A program made the translations under genes and the position numbers. From positions 1 to 29,474 of IMG/VR virus record IMGVR_UViG_3300017708_002001: a DNA stretch of 29,474 bases, one strand, 5' to 3'. The notes beneath the pieces were generated by a model. It did no database searches, was not told the origin of the DNA, and saw only the letters and a list, made by a program, of their open reading frames with translations. Positions within the stretch are counted from its first letter, which is position 1, and each line of letters begins with the position of its first letter. Source of the DNA: a virus. Lineage: Duplodnaviria > Caudoviricetes. This document shows, one piece after another, positions 28,801 to 29,474 of this stretch.

Positions 28801-29474
28801 ATATCATCATAGATTGTATATGATGGTAAAGAGTTTGAAGCAATATATCCAAACTCATCATTTTCATCAGTATACACATTTAAAGTGTCTGCAATATACA
28901 CATCATTACCCAAAGAAAGTGCTACACCAACACTTTCGGATTTCTCAACTCTTCTGCGAAGACTATAACTTACACCAGTAGATGCGGCAAAACCTACAAT
29001 ATTACCAAGAGTAACTTCTTTTGTAGGTTCACTAACAGATACAATAGTTGCACCAGCACCAACTACATTAGAACCATTTACAATATCAACAGTATCACCT
29101 TGTTTGAGACTTGATTTATCAATATCACTTAATAATGTAAAGATTGAACCATTGATAGTATCTACATTGTAACTTGCACTTGTATTATAAATCCAAGAGT
29201 TTGCAAAAATTTGTTTATATGTTCTGTCAGTTGTTGGATTAGTAATAACTTCGCCAACATTTCTTACTTTTATTTCTTCTCCCACTTCCATTAATGAGAG
29301 TTTTCCGAGAGGATTGAAGTCTGCCAGTACGCCCGTTATACGGAGGTCTACTCTCTTGGTTAGGTCATTGTCCTCATAACCATAAACATACTCATTAGAG
29401 CGGATTCTAGTACCCGTTGTGATCGCTGCACCTACATTAATACAACCATAAAATTGATTAATACTCTTTGCGGT
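16806..29474 (-). CDS. gp7: Giant baseplate wedge initiator (gp7-like), 5'-truncated by the window edge (at least 4222 aa)
   Basis: The frame stays open upstream of the track start 29291 to the window edge (TAKSINQFYGCINVG...YVYGYEDNDLTKRVDLRITGVL). It contains NDYYQNLSYSVKS...IIHPAGLKNFAD, a gp7-like motif, and lies immediately upstream of gp8. Confidence 0.8.
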   Translation of the reverse strand, partial: TAKSINQFYGCINVGAAITTGTRIRSNEYVYGYEDNDLTKRVDLRITGVLADFNPLGKLSLMEVGEEIKVRNVGEVITNPTTDRTYKQIFANSWIYNTSASYNVDTINGSIFTLLSDIDKSSLKQGDTVDIVNGSNVVGAGATIVSVSEPTKEVTLGNIVGFAASTGVSYSLRRRVEKSESVGVALSLGNDVYIADTLNVYTDENDEFGYIASNSLPSYTIYDDIIEKNAASLGERDNVFNNYTVVVFPSDVDFLDGDEIVYTAETPIAGLVSNASYFIKKFVDSTGTVINNKIYLYSSKALLKGNEYIKLDYTVSSGGGSGSLIGTHTFTLRRHEDRVLSPNQILRKFSLNTSLSDVKSENRKIGSIGLLVDGTQISSPESRDKIYYGPISEFEVLNGGNGYDVINPPKITISKPIGLGNTNALVEPVIEGIVNQILVDPQDFDIESIEGVSLVGGNGSGCQLEPVMGSRFRELSFDSRALSLGGGVDIDNETITFSDFHNLFDGQHLIYNQNGHNAISIGVANDPTQSIEGTLVSGDEYVTKFVNTTSIKLFKTDADALAGINTIGFSTATTASGIHKFRTLSRKNLREVKVIQSGSGYTYRKLRVSSSGISTEYNTIYFKNHGFNTNDIVDYSYEGTSIGGLTDTNRYSVQKVDADNFRVIDVGIGASISTDLVRSKVVDITTVGVGTHIFQYPPISVDINVSYGSTLGGTFVFTPIVTGEIIDAYLYEQGTGYGSNTLNLHKKPLISLPQGKDAQLSPIILNGRIDAVQVRNRGAGYKSLPIIETEGTGTGAVLRPILGGINGEQIIEVKVINGGIGYDQNRTDIIIKPRGSGAKFDLRVRDLTVNDAERFASYTKNRQEKIYSNLSPNETNDLLVYSMYGYSSDLAIKFNDTASNHSPIIGWAYDGNPIYGPYGYSAIDDVQSGVRLLESGYVINSNSIIDRPLISNYPEGFFIEDYQFTDVGDLDKHNGRFCKTTEFPNGVYAYFASVNVDGSSLEPQYPYFIGNSFRSKFIKENEVLDQTFDFNNSDLVRNTFPYKVNDKDANYDFINESYESFAQIARIESVSQGDIDEVIVVDGGSGYQIGDVVNFDETGTKGRGLRAQVSELKGIEVDSVATSLETYENVVFEWDTDRVVSVYSRDGYLDFNNNDTVLITGLSTAVTYLADSHHIGFTTETVGLAKTMTSFTGATSGVGVFEDILVSNVPVVSAGNTITIFSSAGTENVRVLNNFNNGVLRVQRFGEAPNYTTGVAHTFGSELNVISDRVRLPVKTKKFTSKRDDLVYFNPLEAVGVGLTDGSAISKIITVGITTSEISIPTRTIYLPNHPFTTGQKVTLSKGAGNPSSFTVGMNNSNVNTFFIPDLSTKETDLYVINKGRNYIGLVSETVGAVGVGTTSEGLFFYNVGNAADRSDYLIKSNKDQITGNLSRITTLVSCAETHGLSRNDVIKLNVLPNTIVGVGTTAALRLSLDLNEKKILVNSTDVESSAINLSNNTFTLTSHGYSTGDKIYYSGDATGIVSGDYFIIKDSLNTFRLAETQYESNPANQKEINITATGSGPHTIALINPRLNVVRNSDIQFNLQDPSLFGYNLKIYREKEFVNEFVSVANNSEFNIISAGSTIGLGTLTNPSLTLKHSNNIPSRLYYTLEKSGYISTADTNVNDYSEINYINSEYNGSHKVFGITGAGNTTTFKISPVKIPSVLTYNKSQCDKLEYSTKSASALSGSIGKVRIISKGFNFERLPQFTDVTSETGINANIFAESTSIGSPKKVRFKDIGYDYPSDKTLRPQTFVPPVINLDNLDTIKDFDIISQGSRYLRDPDVILINDTTKEIVDKDSLLAKAPNGAISEIEILAPLFGLASETHKLVFVNNSNGVGISTMTGDGISGIATCTLVTPILGFVQPQFEVGDEIFIEGIDLDSTGTGYNSSDYNYRFFKVKSYNNISPATLEFEIVDDAGVGLSTNVGLAKTVQSGYATIINKKYYPEVTVIQDRSKFFANEQLYVNTTGASFVEEDIFVSLIRDDYIKVQGNYDLNIGDKIKGVISGTIADVTGVSRNKGYFNIDYSSKQELGWRDDTGKISVDHQVIPNNDYYQNLSYSVKSPITWEEQSSPVNSIIHPAGLKNFADVGVTSTGSSTVGLAGTTTSIAILDVVNERRVDTINNFDNVVDYDIRENALSNFDQSKFLKFQNIKLEDYIECRTNRVLIHDDISNNFSSRGFKDIFIELDEIDFSDNYVGYVIQVVDADTKDVQLSELVYQSTTLNTFLFEKYTNFTKEKLGDFSTDLDSAGRKTLIFTPTDPYERDHDIKILKRSYLYTALAGGGTQTGTSSFGSIDLVGSFVSGIGSVGTASSIKTLVDFPVNDFNGMYAKVEIVDRFTSDHNYIEAIVDFDGTDTYLSEYYFDTQSLSYSSSQTGILSAIYDANAGIVSLTAQNVGISSLVGLYDVRSTIVGFGTTTTGIGTYRYLVNNQPAGTEKSVKIESTVGFGTTAVRVGTFDLESVSSSNSVVRVSAGETSAIHQVSILSNTLQTTVVPGPFAAVNNVTGLGTFGGEIDGSRYYLNFYPDTPYDVEVQGYNEVFYTEQDYDNTPLPNTYGPTIGEVLYDAYDGINGLRANRTQFKLSHEGDPIYVKSFVPTDTAQVNYVTGVITLRNHFFNTGEELIYRPSSTFAGIGSTAMGIGSTEGYTGIVTDKLPDRVYPIALTPDTFQLSTRREYAKAGIFVTFTDAGLGNIHELEITKKLSKTVIALDGIVQQPIAFTPINHNLDFNNGGITAGISTFNLTGISSVQPRDVLKIDDEYMKIVEVGLSTNVNGALLGPINGIIAAGTAATHPTVAVQRGSLGTRAEAHSDGAEARIYRGALNIVGNNVHFIDPPKGNTRARRNESNLPYVKAEFSGRTFLRSNYEKNMLFDDISDSFTGVGKTYTLTTSGLNTTGVGIGSGILFINGVFQTPSTLNNSGNNYDFEQDNISGISSVVFTGITSVDGSYIQSESDINQNQLPRGGQIVSLGSTPGLGYAPLVGAKFIAETNSSGAITGVVGVNTFINPVSITTAHYNNISGILEIETSDSHYLKGADRVRLVGLEFTCSSVYSGVTTSIFPDHNRSLDIANIIDSTKLNVQVGPSTIIHNYLKDGQIYQHFDLNIGSGYRHPIGIAVTDLAFVHKFVRAITNSVTASSGGPFTPTKANYDSKTGVLRLTIPNHGLSVSDTITIADDGLIFTCDEDQHFTEQPYPRSTDPASGQNLTITNVTTNIITVNVGSGGGSGTGAAIEAVVGAGGTLALNVTSTGSGYKNPRIVIPEPNYENMEVTGVSRLGIGATSLTGRNVLMNLTIAQTTEKALGDRFFDAANLIEDNAAFIADIAYGRMLAQFPSYSPPAGTNGQDCKDDIVDVLESISYNLKYGGNDYTVDAANLYITGAHVSGEEQETAYAFNQARDLAVQAMRNEAVTIGGYTTKTQVFDTSITYDTVKYTPSNVAYTASSGITTVTIPNHQFSNGDQIKIRTNSLIFKCDKDNFATEHRYPRPTDPAADTFLSITNVTTNTFRVNVGASPAGEQYNHIFTFSELASIERKLTSSTTPAQCANVQSAIHTLVGIVTTAVVSSSIPPRTVAPGAQYSVDTFKLTRNGYDFRPGDVFKVVGLVTAKDFAQPSSDFQVEVTSTFNDFFAAWSFGELDYIDSIAGFQDGSRKRFPLFYVGELLSFALDSQSPLSSAIDLDAVLVIFVNGVIQTPKIAYTFEGGGSSFIFTEAPQPQDKVDIFFYIGQDSIDVTRIEVKETIKKGDDLFVNRHPLFSSAVDNLYQQQIRSRTISDIIGSDIVETDIYTGPGINDIDYRPFDWTKQKVDKFIKGDLISKSRDILEARIFPTAKIIGDVTPTSSEIFVDNIQFFNYEEEVYTHPSFSNLFDSLDAVIIDANDPIGAGFTANVSIAGTISGINTTNVGSGYSGTSLDIKFSAPKVIGVGIGTTATATATISNGSISSVNITNPGLGYTNTNPPHLIIETPSIIKEEIKESTNIQGFSGIITGISATTGTGGHPLALKINFRALKDYTTGGEAQLASDALDLVAGYPIMVYGTKVGTGVTSVFDSNDAVVAIGTTFLDNVYVVSQKSFENGPDAELILNVHSDSPIAGISTSGGFEDNQAGTATTALGYLSWGRIYNYAERSGGVSIGVTGLTVDAGLSTFPVLQRRGNAGFDKSGAIRSTKSIVNSANITADNQLPFYGA
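18831..19934 (-). repeat. Two 79-aa beta-rich protein repeats within gp7 (19698-19934 and 18831-19067)
   Basis: TP...Y....G....TIPNH..S..D.I.I....LIF.CD.D...TE..YPR.TDPA....L.ITNVTTN...VNVG; 40 of 79 residues identical by hand alignment. A more diverged third copy lies at about 20110-20340. Confidence 0.85.
26430..26775 (-). other. YHYH-domain-like segment within gp7
   Basis: HSPIIGWAYDGNPIYGPYG...FFIEDYQF...GDLDKHNGRFCKT.EFPNGVYAYF...YPYFIG matches the C-terminal half of the YHYH family motif set. Confidence 0.7.

Noticed and set aside
29289-29291. ORF-track start codon for gp7 at 29291
   Set aside because: The frame is open to the window edge with protein-like sequence, so the true start lies outside the window.
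7758-29474. Inteins, introns or homing endonucleases explaining the giant ORFs
   Set aside because: No C-x...HN-[C/S/T] intein boundaries, LAGLIDADG/HNH/GIY-YIG motifs or frame interruptions were noticed; size is explained by repeats and inserted modules.
29290-29474. Apparent rise in C/G-ending codons at the right edge (possible recombinant patch)
   Set aside because: The segment is too short and truncated to distinguish from noise without computation.

Overview
Virion-morphogenesis region of a T4-like cyanophage (marine Synechococcus/Prochlorococcus myovirus type), encoded entirely on the minus strand. In transcription order (right to left): a giant gp7-type baseplate wedge initiator (open past the right edge, at least 4222 aa), gp8, a 2482-aa DUF4815/VrlC-like structural protein, a small coiled-coil protein, a 59-aa NblA-like gene missed by the ORF track, a 75-aa fibre-associated protein, a 540-aa fibre/whisker-like protein, a 61-aa coiled-coil protein, gp13, an extended gp14, gp15 and gp16 (small terminase). 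A second gene missed by the ORF track follows, an ORF of at least 570 aa (1712 to <1) running off the left edge. This ORF is the most striking element: it reads as a polyprotein of at least nine short, mostly basic modules, either Cys-paired or Gly-zipper-like. The modules are separated by acidic linkers ending in [I/L/V/M]-x-E, which resembles the T4 prohead-protease (gp21) cleavage signature. One module sits between two identical in-frame 17-bp direct repeats. T4-type late promoters (TATAAATA and variants) punctuate the region. All family assignments come from motif recognition and synteny by eye; no database search was run.
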